From positions 68,634,001 through 68,698,000 of the forward strand of contig NW_027266275.1 of assembly GCF_022045235.1 (NCBI RefSeq): 64,000 nucleotides of DNA, read 5' to 3'. A program made the position numbers and the translations under genes. Of the stretch, positions 24,840 through 37,016 are shown piece by piece (positions within the stretch are counted from its first letter, which is position 1; every line of letters begins with the position of its first letter). The notes under the pieces are model-generated. The model saw only the letters and a list, made by a program, of their open reading frames with translations. It ran no database searches and was not told where the DNA came from. Source of the stretch: Haliotis cracherodii. Taxonomy: Eukaryota.

Positions 24840-27395
24840 ATTGTCTACCTTGTGGATAACCTATTTCAAATTCAATGTCGACAGGCAATCGTGGCTGTCT
24901 GTCAAACATAACAAATCAAAGGACTTTCTCCAGTCGATTCATGTCATGATGAATTGTAGGCATGAGCAAGTGGTGTTATATATGACTTCCAGTTGGTCTT
25001 CTGGCATATCTGCAAAAAAAACATCCTTCTTTCTATTCCGGCCAGCTAGCACAGTTCATTAATAAGGTTACGGTATGGCCCCTTGATCTGCATGTAGTCT
25101 TTGGGGAAAACCATAGAGTATAAAAAAGTTGTTGAATAGGCCGTTTGCAGTTGTCTTAATAGTAGGGCCCATTTCTGGTGTCCCCCGCCGTGATGTTGCT
25201 GGAATAGTGCTAAAAGCGGTGTAAAACCTTATTCACTCACTCACTCACTTAATAGTAAGGTAGGCCTGAGCATATCCTGTAAAATGATCTGTCAGAACAA
25301 GAATATATTGATATCCTCCATTTGACATCTCTGGTGTGAGGACGAAAGGAAGGGGCTGGCTGGTAAGGATGGAGAGGAGTGTAACTTGACCTTCTGTTAG
25401 TGTTCTTCTGAAGCATCTATGACAGTTTTTGATCAAATAATCCACATCTTTAGCCATTCCAGGCCATTAGAAACTGCGAGTCTAATCTCCAATCTCATCA
25501 TGAAGTCGACTTAATGCTCTCCTGATGAATTCTGCACGGAGAACTAGTTGCCTCTTTTCTCCTATACCCATGACAGTATATATGTACATCACTCCCCGTT
25601 GTAGTTAGAGGTGACTGAATTCTTGGATAATACCTGCAGGAATAACATCTGATATCTTGTTGTGATGTAATCCGGTAATGACTCTGGGAAGTACTAGATC
25701 CCTGTGTATTGTGCATTCTCCCAATACCTTAGAGTGAAACAAGTCATGTTGTTCCTGTGTCCAACGTCTGCAAAAAGTTCATCTGCGAAACATAAGCTCT
25801 CGATGTAGTTGGATGTCTGACAAGTATTGCAGATCACCTTTACAGATATAGCAGCCATCGTCTCTGTCTCGTCTTCTTGTGACAACCTGAAGAACATATT
25901 AGCATCTGCGTTACATTTACCTGAACGATACTTAATATCAAAGTTGAATGAGGAAAGAGCTACAATCCACCTGTGTCTAGTAGTATCCAGATTTGGTGTA
26001 CTTGAGACGTATACGAAAGGTTGTTGTCCACTAATACAGTTAACTGATTTCTGTAGAGGTGGTCGTAGTCAATCACTGTCCATTTAAATTCCAGGAACTC
26101 CAATTTGTGTGATGGACAGTTCTTCTCTGCTTTATTGCTTTATTGGTCATGATAAGCGATGACCATCTTTTGTCCTTCTTTTTCTAGGGAGAGGATTGCA
26201 CCTAATCTATGCGAATGTGGATCTGTGTGCATTTCAAAAGAAAGCCATAAGTCGCATATCCAAGAATAGGTAGCTTTGACAAAGCGCATTTCAGTTGCTT
26301 GATGGCTGATTCTTGATCTTGACCCCCAAGCCTATTTTACCTTCAAGTGCTCTTTAAAATCAGGAAACACGATGAGATCATCCAGATAAATCAGGCAGAT
26401 TTCCAAGTGAAGACTTCCACAAGCACGTAACTGTTGGATATCGTCCTTCAACTCCTGAAACACAGATGGTGGTATGCGCCTATATCTTTCCTTGATTGGT
26501 GTAGGGTCTTTCAATCCCTAAAAACAGTGTAGTGGCCAACATCTAAATCTGTAGAAAACATGTCGCCGTATTTCTGAATTAGCTCTTCACTCAGCTTCTT
26601 CTGTTCCTCAGTAACCTTATAAGATATGTTCACCTTCTTCAGCTTGTGCTGTTTTACTTCAGTGGCAATCTGTTCCACGTTGATGGGTGCAACTTTCTAA
26701 ATCTGGACTAATTGTATCTCGCAGAAGATTGTCCTAGGGAAAACAACTATGGTCTTGTTGGTCAAGTTTGACAATTGAAAAGGGACTTGTAGTGACCTCT
26801 TGTACTGACATCAGAATAATGCAGGGTTTATCTCAAGCCCCGGTGATATGGATGTCTTTGTGGCCCTGGTGAAGCCTGACACAAGTTTCTCTATAAGGCA
26901 GTTTCTTGTAGAGTGAACACGTGACTGTCTTGTTCTGTTTGGTGTTCAGAACGAGTGACACGAGTGACACCTCACAGCTACACATAAGTCCCAGGGTCCC
27001 ATCTTTCCTTGTAAGTCCCTTGTCCTGCGAACTAAAACCCCGAGAGGTAAGATTCCAAGGTGTGTGCATTTTGTTCACTTGAAGGAAGTAAGGTCCTATT
27101 GCCTACCTGTAACTCTCAATAGCTTGGATAAGATAATTAGTCTCCAGTAAAACGGGAACACGATTGATGTACTCACTGTCTGGGATGACAAACCATAAAC
27201 AAATACTTTTGAGACCTGTAGATAACCAACTAGTGTCAACCGTAACTTCCACATATCCCATATAAGGCAATGTCTCACCATCGGCACATTCTTAATCTCC
27301 AACGATGGTTTCGTCTCTGTAATAAATGGCTTCTCCATTATCACTCCGATGGTATTGTTGCAACTTTCCGGGATAGTTGACACTGATGTTTCTGT
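24840..27395 (-). mobile_element. Ty3/Gypsy LTR-retrotransposon pol remnant
   Basis: In order on the minus strand: protease region (SVSTIPES, LPYMGYVEV), RT (PIKERYRRIPP, LIYLDDLIVF), RNase H (LGAILS, SHKLEFLEFKW), integrase (WPGMAKDVDYLIKNCHRC, YILVLTDHFTGYAQAY, HADQG). Many deletions. Confidence 0.85.
25165..25248 (+). mobile_element. SINE family 2, 3' fragment inside Gypsy integrase
   Basis: cccatttctggtgtcccccgccgtgat..gctggaata.tgctaaaagcgg.gtaaaac with an (CTCA)n tail. Confidence 0.75.
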
Positions 27396-27399
27396 GATG

Positions 27400-28140
27400 A
27401 TTCCAAAACCAAATTGGTTTAATAATTTTCTTACCAGAATGACCCAACTTTCTACATTTGGATGACCTAACATCATTTCTAAAAGAGCTTTATACACAAT
27501 ACTACTATATCTATTGGATCGCACTTTAAGATTTTCATCCAATATTTAACAATTCTAACAAACCGCACACTTATCAATGGTAGTACCCCGAATTCACCAT
27601 AAACATATGCCTATGGTGTAGATAATTAAACACTTCATATCTTTTTAATATATCTTTCAATTGCATAAGCCTCCCTAAAACCCCACACGTCACATTCATA
27701 ACACCATATGGGTTGAATTAGTGATTGAAATAACTGGTACTGGATATCAACAGAAATATACTTATTACTATTAATAACTATATACGATGAAAATAAAGCT
27801 TTCATTGCCTGTTCAGATAAAATTCTTTGACATTCTATAAAACTACCAGAGGGTGTAAACCAGGGCTGGAACGAGTCCAAATTTACTAGCCGGGTACCCA
27901 CCACCCTATTACCCGACCATACCCGGGTACCCGTTATAGATAAACACCATACCAATTGGATTAGCCAATTTACTAAAATAAGCCACAAAATTACAGTAAC
28001 CACTACTCTTACTGTTTCCCATAGAGGCGTTAATCTTTTTCCAAAATTGATAAACATTCGACTTACTAAGGCCAGCTAACAACATCCTGTTTGTCCTTAC
28101 GTCTACTAGAAATTCCTTTTGTTTATTAAACACACTAAAC
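27400..28140 (-). mobile_element. Decayed LINE fragment (duplicate of ~17120-17750)
   Basis: LFQSLIQPIWCYECDVWGFREA RT C-terminal motif; near-identical to the unit A copy. Confidence 0.65.
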
Positions 28141-28774
28141 ATCCCAAAACAAATATTAATGAATGTTGTTGGAAAATTGTCTTCTACAAAAGCACATGCG
28201 CAGAAATCTCAGCTTTCAGGGGATGCTTCGAACTAAAATGTCACGAAATATTACTGCAGCTATCAGATATGCCCAGGCTAACATTATTTACAAGAAACAA
28301 AACATGAACAAAACTTGCATCTGAATACCTTTCGGAAACCTTCAGGATATCTTCAGTCTTATGGGTAATTTTCAAAAATAGTTTTTATGTGTTTCACACT
28401 AAATTGAACAGAAAAGGTTGCCTGAATATCTCCAGGTAGGATTCAAAGTGGGAAGGTATCTGGAAGGTTTCCGGAAAACTGACAACTTCCCCTTTTTTTA
28501 CTATTTACAATAATTGTTCATATGTATAAGCTACAGTGCTCACTTAATCGGAGATTCCATAAACATACACAAGGTTCCATTGAATTCTAACATGGTTTGG
28601 GGGGGAGATCAAAGGCCCGCCCTTTTTTTATTAGACAACAGTTTGTGCCGTTGATTGTCAAGCACCGACACATTTGGAATCAGTCTGCGAGACGTATCCC
28701 ATGTGCTTGTCAAATGATATTAACTCTGTCTACAAATGCAAACGTTAAGAATTCTCATCTAGATGTGATAGGAA

Positions 28775-29068
28775 GAGTGAGTGAGTGAGTGAGTGAGTTG
28801 GGTTTAGCACCGCTTTTGACAGTATTCCAGTTATATCGCGGCGTGTCAGCTTAATGTGGGAGGAAAGCCCGAAGTGATGGAGGTCTCAGATATTTACCAC
28901 TTCGGTGAAACCCACGAGCACGGGTATGGTGCTGACAGACCTAGAAACATAATCTGGGCGAACCGGGATTCGAGCCCACAATCATAGGCTTCTGGCGTGC
29001 CCAAGGGACGCAACTCTGCACAGCGAATCGCGGCGCCTTAGACGACTGGGCCACCCGTACTCCCGGGG
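28775..29068 (-). mobile_element. tRNA-derived SINE family 3 inserted just 3' of copy C
   Basis: A-box tggcccagtcgtctaaggcg, B-box-like gggctcgaatccc, (CTCA)n tail. Absent at the orthologous site (ggaagaagctcgtctc) in copies A and B. Confidence 0.85.
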
Positions 29069-29154
29069 AAAGGGAAAAGCTCGTCTCGTGATAAAACCAA
29101 CTCCAGGGAACCAAAGGTTACCCTGTTGCATAAAACTGTAAAGCCAGTCAACAG

Positions 29155-29595
29155 TCAATTTGTTAAAACTATGAGTATAGTGAAGAGAACGATGCCGAGA
29201 CCGATATTCATGAAGAGGAATAACTTCAGACACATGGCTTCAAGCGTGGCAGACACTTGCTTCCAGGATGGATCCTCTGTGCTCACCTTGGCATTTACGT
29301 CATCCGCATGATCTTGATCTACAGCAGCAGTCTGCTTTTTATTTGACGAAAAACATTTCCAGAGAACAACCCATTTCTGCAGCACTTTGGGCACCTTTCC
29401 CTGGCGCTTGTAGATCCTGAGAATGAGGATCATCATGGCCACAGAGAGGGAGCTTAGCGTGAGCAGAGCGGTCAGGTAGATGGTGAGGTAGGACGTCTGT
29501 TCGGGACGTTTTTGGATGTCTGTGGTAATCTGAGTCAGGAACACGCCAAAGGAGAGTAGAACCGTAATGGATAGAGCCACTTTGTAGATAAACAT
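29155..29595 (-). pseudogene. 5'-truncated nAChR-like copy C (M2-M3-M4 only; 146-aa ORF with a junction-derived ATG)
   Basis: Homology to A/B begins at KVALS (~29583). Signal peptide, ECD and M1 are missing. Compensating -1/+1 indels give DIQKRPEQTS in place of DMPKTSRQTS. Confidence 0.85.
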
Positions 29596-31509
29596 TGCCT
29601 GTTATTGTGACATATGCAAACAGAGTTAGAGTTTACGCTGATCAGCTTTGACAGAATTATCCCTGGAATATGATAACATTGGGACAACATGCAGCAAATG
29701 AAGAGCAGATAGTAGAAAAGTCATGCTTTTAAAAAAAGATCAAATTTGCCTTCATTATATTGCTGTAAGAATACATGCCACTATGCATTTTACACGTTTA
29801 ATTTACATTTTGATTGCAATATGTCCAGTAAATCGAATTTCGTTGCAGGAGTTCGATCCCAATTTGAAATGAAATTATACTATGAGCTATTCGGTCAAAT
29901 ATCAGCATTTTGTTCCATAAATAATTTTTTTATGAATTGCGTAAATACTTTACATGACGTTATCAGCAGTATTTTATGTCAGGCGCATCATATTCGATTG
30001 CCAGTTAAATGTGCTCAATTTGGCTTTATATCTTGAATATTGTGTTAACGTTCCCTTTTAAAATAATGTTTAATAACCACTCGTAGGGAGCGTCAAATTG
30101 TTAGTTGCAACCACCAATATAGTTAAAATATTCATTTTAGTTTTTTTCGGAAAATTCTATTGTCAGTGACAATATCAGTAGCTCTCTGATCATAACGATT
30201 TCTAATATTCTTGATTTGAAAAATGTTTATCACTATGTACAAAAGGGTAGACTCGTTTCAAGGCGTATGCATGACACGATGTTTATCAAGTACTAATGTC
30301 CAATAATGTAGTGCATTGGTCAATGCATATGTTTCTTAACGTCAAGATCGCTTTGTGGAACTGGGCCCAGGGACGTACTTGTTATCTTAAATCTAAAAAA
30401 GTCGAGACCAGAGAATAATCAGATTCTACTGGGCGTAAAAGGCAAAACAGGAATGATAATTATGTGAATGGAGCACTAAAAATCAGTGATGACATCAGGT
30501 GATCGCGAAAAGGGTGTGTCCTGCTCCTCCGACAGCACTCACTCTTACTTGACATTGTATGTTTCGACTCGATCTCCCACCTTATATTCTTCAGTGTGTT
30601 TTCTTTTGTTGAAAGATGATTAATCGCTTTTAGATCGCATTGGTAGCTGAGCAAGTGTATGATAATTGCTAAGACGAAGACACGTACAGTGAAACCCCGT
30701 TAATCCGCGCCGTGTACCGTTCCCACTGAAATTAAGGTATGATTAAGAAGTGCTGTGACTTTTATCATGACAGACATTGCCAACAGTAATCGACCTGGAC
30801 GCTTGAACAATGCAAAAAGAAAGCTTTTGCTCATTTTCGGCCAGGTGACATGTTGTCAAATTAAGCACGAATCATCTCTCTTGATAACGTGATAAATATT
30901 TCCCTGAACACTGGTTATAGAAAAGCTACCGTTGGTGGTATTTGCCTTCCTAAAGTGCTGAATAAACAACGGGCATTAGATGTGACATAATGCAAACGAA
31001 GATGGTATATTTGAGCAGTTAATGTGTTTACATTTTACCTTTTATCCAGTATGATCAAAGTCAAAATCACGTTTAAGCTCTTTATAGTTAGATTCAGATG
31101 CTTATAAAATGAGAAACTGTGTATATGTGTAAACATAACGTGATATTTATCAATTGTACAGAAATTGCTCTTATATTTTCACAGCAGCCTTAACCAACAC
31201 CCAAATGTTTTCTACATTTAGGGAATATTTGTTCTGTAAAGGTATGGTAGGTGCAGCTAAGTGTTTAACATACAAAAACAATTGGTTCGCTCTTGTAAAC
31301 TTTTACATTGAACGTATGACGAATTCTAAATATGAAAGTGATAAAAAATGAAGATGTAGTCACTCTGATTTCAGTGGCATGTATGTGAGTCATCTGGTGT
31401 TAGACTGCGACCGATATGACTGTGATACTCTCTGTGATACCAAACGGCACCAAATTGGCATCGATGGTGTCAGCACGCTCCTGTCGGTTTGGCCATAGCC
31501 TTATTAGTC

Positions 31510-31775
31510 GTTTGTTTGTTTGATGTTTAACGTCGCACTCAGCAACATTTCAGCTATATGACGGCGGTCTGTAAATTATCGAGTCCTGACCAGACAATCC
31601 AGTTAATAAAATGATGAACATCTATCAACGCAATTGGGATACGATGACATGCATCAAACCAAGTCAGCGAGTCTGACCACCTTATCCCGTTAGTCGCCTC
31701 TTACGACAAGCATAGTCGCCTTTTACGGCAAGCATGGGTTGCTGAAGACCTATTCTAAGTTGGAACTTCGCAGGT
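31510..31775 (-). mobile_element. SINE family 1
   Basis: Same consensus as 21958-22227. Confidence 0.85.
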
Positions 31776-32159
31776 CTCTTATGAAAAGTTTTTAGTATCA
31801 GTGGCAGAATTGTTATTTTGAGTATTTTTTCATGTTTCATCCATACTCCCACCTGTTAAGTGAGTGACTACGGTTTTACGCCACCTTGAGCATTGTAACT
31901 GCAACTTCACAGCAGAAGACACAGCATAAGAGATGCCCTTCGCACATGGTATCCATGTGGATAATCAAAGCCGGGCCTTCGACGTGAAGAGCGAATGATT
32001 TAACCACAAGGAAAATGTAGTTATTGAATGGACTATTGAATGCAGACACTTTACCGGAATCATCTCTTCAAACACAATCCTACAATAGAAATATTGATCC
32101 GAACGATTACAGAGTCATATATGTTGTTATAAGTGTTCATCTATTGTGCATCTATTGTG

Positions 32160-32326
32160 GTGGCGGTCGGGTAGCCAAGTGCCGCTCGTCACGCCAAAGA
32201 CCGGGTTCGATTCCCGACATGGGTACAATGTGTGATGCCCATTTCTGGTGTCCCCCGCCGTGACATTGCTGAAATATGGCTAAAAGCGGCGTAAAACCAT
32301 GCTCACTCACTCGCGCACTTACTCAC
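32160..32326 (+). mobile_element. tRNA-derived SINE family 2
   Basis: ggcggtcgggtagcc...gaccgggttcgattccc (B-box)...cccatttctggtgtcccccgccgtg...(CTCA)n. Degenerate copies at ~37765-37870, 50890-51010 and 61625-61745. Confidence 0.8.
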
Positions 32327-33814
32327 TAATGTGAGGTAATAACGAGTAGTTCTAAATGTTAATGTTAAATCACGTTTTCAACAGCGAATCATTAACCAAA
32401 CAGCATAAAGAAAGTGTGAGGACGGGGTTCACTTTAAGATTATCAGTGCGACACTTAAGTAGCTTATACACTTTATAAGATAACGGTTAAGATATAATTT
32501 GAGGCTCAAACAGCAAATGTAACAAATTGTGAATGTAAACAATCTATCAATGATCTCTATCCATTTGTAAATCGTATTCGAACACGTCTTCGATATATAT
32601 GTTTTTTCTGTATTTGTCTCCTTTAATATGTATGTATGAGTATGTATCTGAATATTACAATATCAACTGATACACAACAGTTACTGTCAAATCTTCCTCT
32701 TTCATGTTATATGTTATATAAATGAATCAAAAGCATCGCTTTAATGTTACTAACAAGAATATTGTCAGGATAATCGTTTTCCTTATCATATTTACCATTT
32801 AAAACATTATTAATCACAAAGGGTTTCAGCGATGACACCAGGTGTGTGCGATTGGTTGAACAAGCTCTGACACACTGGAACAACCCGTCATGGGTGAAGA
32901 TCATTATTAAAGTCATATTACAGTCAATGAAGATCATAGCCTACACTCCTCCATGTCATGAAATTGTTTCTCTCTCAAGTAACTTGAGTTACGTAGCGAG
33001 TAATATCGTTAAATTACCGGAAACGGTGTTTTCTAAAGTGGAAACGTGTTTGGTTTCATTGGAGTACTAGTTTGTTACAGAGTTGACACAACCTACACTA
33101 TCAAAGATGGACCGTTAGAAGAGTAGGGATATCAAAAATCACACACGATGCTTTTTTTAGAAACGACAGGGGATGTAGTCTCGAAATAATGCGACTGAAT
33201 GTAATTTCACATGGTGATAACTAAATGCCCATATACATCCTTCCACTGCACGTCCATCAGGTAACGGCCCTTTGAACGGGAAGGAATACATTTAGGACTT
33301 AAGATTTGAGTAATTCAGTCAGTGTCGTGAATACAACCGACATTTTAAATACAATGAATGTTTAAAACAAACACTGTACCATTTGGTCATAGTTTGGCAC
33401 ACGTCTGCATACAGTAGCAAATACACTTAATGCGTCACAGTCACTGATTGTCAAACAAAAAGAAACGAAGATCGATCCTGACGTCCTTATTCTCCAAGAA
33501 CACTGCAGGGCCAAAATACGTCAAAAGATTTTATATTTGTTGTTACCCTGTTGGCATTGTGCGCTAGGTGGATAAAAGGAGGATTTTTTGGCTCAGAGTC
33601 AGTATACTGTGTGTGAGTAGGAAGTCATTTTAAACTACAGCATGGTATCTTAGTTGCCTGGCACTTTAAAACTGGTACTAGTACAAGCAGACACGTCCAC
33701 AACAAGTGAGACAATCTTGAACACGACTGCATTATATCCCACATCACCTCAAGTTAACAATGAAAGGGAATTGTCCATCACTATTATGATGATGATATAC
33801 ATAGTTTGGAATCC

Positions 33815-34050
33815 GCCGTGAAGATACGGGTTAGGATAGGTCTTTAGCAACCCATGCTTGTCGTAAGAGGCGATTAACGGGATCGGGTGGTCAAGCTCAC
33901 TGACTTGGTTAATGCATTATATCGTATTCCACATTGAGTAGATCTAGGTCTCATGGTACAAATCACTGGACGGTCTGGTCCAGACTCGATTTTTACAGAC
34001 CGCCGTCATGTAGCCGGAATAGTGCGGCGTTAAACAATAAAACAACAACA
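33815..34050 (+). mobile_element. SINE family 1 (orthologous copies at 46786-47030 and 58306-58560)
   Basis: ccgtgaagatacgggttag...gcaacccatgcttgtcgtaagaggcga...gcggcgttaaacaa. Confidence 0.85.
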
Positions 34051-34564
34051 ATATCGCAACTCCCTGTCACCGAGACTTGCACACCCACAGTTGCATAGCC
34101 ACCAGCAACTGGCGATCAAGATGACATACTTTGTGTTTTTGTTGCTTTTATTGTTTTAATTTATATATGACAGTTACGTTTTCCTTAGTACCAAGATAAG
34201 TTTGTGGAACGTGTTCCTTGTTCTGCACCGTACTGAATTACAGGATAAATGAGGAAGTGTTGCAATAGACACCCACCAGTGATTAGGTGCACTGTAGGAA
34301 CATATGTCGACATGGACGCAACATATTGTGGCAGTTTAAGGTAAAAAACATCCAGGGAGAAATTCACCATAATAATTGATATGGCAAGTCATGCACTCGA
34401 ACAAGCATTGAATCTGGCGTTAGATAAAGTGTTATTGAGGAGTGTAGCGTTTTTCAGCATTTCATAGGTTTATCCTTTATAATTCGTAATTGATGCTCTC
34501 AGTCTACAACAACGTAAGTGTATTTCGCGATAACACTGCGTGTTATAGATACTGGTAAGTTTAT

Positions 34565-34566
<2 letters not shown>

Positions 34567-34637
<71 letters not shown>
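34567..34637. repeat. (AT)n microsatellite
   Basis: Directly visible. Confidence 0.95.
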
Positions 34638-34638
<1 letters not shown>

Positions 34639-36946
34639 TGTATCAGTATATGCTGAATAAAGTGACGCACATGTAACGAGTGAGTGAGTGAGTTGGGTTT
34701 AACGCCGCTTTGAACAACATTCCAGTCATATCACGGCGTGTCAGTTTGATGTGGGAGGAAAGCCCAAAGTGATGCATGTGTCACACGTTTACCAATTTGG
34801 TTAAAGTCATTTCATGAACAACGAAGGCGTTCTGTAGTGAATTAAATCATCACAAACATAATGTGATAAAATATCTAAGTCTTTCAAGATAAACTTATGA
34901 TATTGAAATAACAAAGAATGAGTAACAGTTTCCAGATAGTGTCAGTGTCAGTGCTCCCAAACTTTATATGTGAGCCCAGCACAGGGCAGCATTTAGAACG
35001 ACATGAAGTGATGTTCAGTTTGACCTCGAAACGGTACATTACTGTAAGTCACAAGGGCAAAAATAACAGTTTGGTAAATGAATTCATCTCTGCCCATATC
35101 CCTATTACAATCCTATCTTTGTACAGTATATGTTGCTGAATAATAAAGAACTCTAGGACAAAGCTCACCTGAATGCTTGGATATTTGTGGCATGTTTTAA
35201 ACAGAGGAGTGTTTGTCCGTCGTCCCTCTTGCGTCGTCCTTCTCGTCTTGGTACATGTGTAGATGGTAGTAGGACTCAACAGATATGTGTTTCTTTTTCA
35301 TAATATTATATGTTTTCATCCCTTTGACCATGCTCCCAAATTCTCTCAAATTGCATTTCCTACCAATACAAACAATCTAATTATAAAGGAAAGGTTAACA
35401 TCCGATTTCAATATGGCCACGACTCAAATCATATTAGAAAACCTATTTATGGCCATAATTGATTGAAAATTGTATATGTGTAGTTAGTAGTGAGGTTGAA
35501 CATAAACATTTTATGTTCTAACCTAAATGTGACCTGTTCACTCTGACAACACTGAAAACTGAAACGTGTTATGTTCATGACTCAGCAATTCCTGTTCAAA
35601 ATGTAATGGGATTTGTGTTTGTACGCATATGTGTATATCTAGTTCGTATTAAGGCTGTTTTTTAAATTGCGATCTTGATTAGACCTTTGCACCTTGGCCA
35701 TGTTCAAATCCGATTTTCGATATAGATTTGACAAACTAGGGAAGTTGCTCTTTATCATCTTTCTCATTATGATAACATCCTAGTTTGCAGTAGTCAGAAA
35801 AAATACTTTTAGATTTGGTACGGATAAACTACAATACATTTAAAGTAATGATCGATCCTACCTAGTCTGTTTTACTGCGTTAGTGAAATCAAAGTACGGA
35901 GTCATTGTCAAAAAGTTCAACTAAAGGAACTAAATCAGAAATATTAATGAACTCGTTTCTTTCAACAATGCCGAACTATGGGTATGAGTATGATGGCATC
36001 TTATGTACCAAGCTGTAAGACAAGAGGATCGTCAGTTTCCTCGACAGGTTGAGCAAAGTTCTATCAGCTCCAGCTATGGCGTCTGCAATTTTCGGTTTCT
36101 TAGGTACGTAAGAGGGCAGGAAAGCTTTTCAATCATGGTATCTCTATGAGGGACCTGGTTAAGACATGTCAGAAAATGTATGGTAACATTCAAAGGAGCC
36201 TACTAAATAATGACAAGTCTATTGTCAACATTATTCGCTGTGCTATACCATACTGTTACCTTTACAATGAGTTTTTGCACCTCCTGACACTTACTTTAAT
36301 GGGGACGGGCAGTCAGGCTTGCTGTCTTGGTTGACAGCGTGGCGTCGTACCCCGACGACGTGAATAACTGCTCATAATATCAATCACTAGAGTGTCTGGT
36401 CTATATTCGATTGCATGCATGTGATGTTCATCACTAGGTTACCTTTTACACCTTATGTTTTCGTTAGATATATGACATTGATTATTCTCTGGGATAGACG
36501 TTGTGAATTCTGTTATTTTTTATAGGTTCTTATTATCGAAGCTTCCAAATCATAATTACACACATTGCACATTACCTTACTCCTAAAATACGACCGTGGC
36601 AATAAATAGTATTGTTATTTATCACAAGAAGCTGATTCATTAAAAATACGTTATGAAGCATATAATGTGAAGTTGTGCCAATATCAATATACACATGATA
36701 GCTATTGCGAAACATATGTTGAAATTGAATATATCAAATCCACATGTTGTGAAGCATATTGGAATGTACATGTTGACTATATCAATTTCACATGTATGGC
36801 ACTGTTAACTAGGATCCGTAACTGGTTTTATTAGCACCAACTAAAAAGAGTAATGATCTCTTCAAAATTCCCCAAAGCACCCATTTAAAGACATATGGGA
36901 AAATTAATTAGCCTCGGGTTGCATATGTTGTCACCCTAGCATTGGG

Positions 36947-36954
36947 TATATAAA
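36947..36954 (+). promoter_or_regulatory. TATA box of saposin-like gene 1
   Basis: TATATAAA 70 nt upstream of the ATG, conserved in all three copies (49931-49938, 60582-60589). Confidence 0.7.
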
Positions 36955-37016
36955 CTTGCATGACGTTCAGTTCAGACATTCTGACTTCCACACCGTGTTT
37001 GTGTTTATCCCCTAAA

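Larger units (their letters stand above)
8070..29600. repeat. Tandem segmental duplication, ~10-kb nAChR unit (A ~8070-17750, B ~17750-28140, C ~28140-29600 partial)
   Basis: Shared flanks and TE relics. ATG offset A to B is 9699 nt; stop offset B to C is 10707 nt. Confidence 0.9.

Noticed and set aside
32160-32225. tRNA-like sequences with A/B boxes (also near 28960-29060, 51460-51555, 62200-62295)
   Set aside because: They are SINE heads followed by SINE bodies and tails; no intact cloverleaf is evident.
32846-33070. ORF recurring in all three saposin units (RLVEQALTHWNNPSWV...; 57462-58091)
   Set aside because: Recurrence is explained by the segmental duplication. It carries stops and indels between copies and has no recognisable domain or splice structure.
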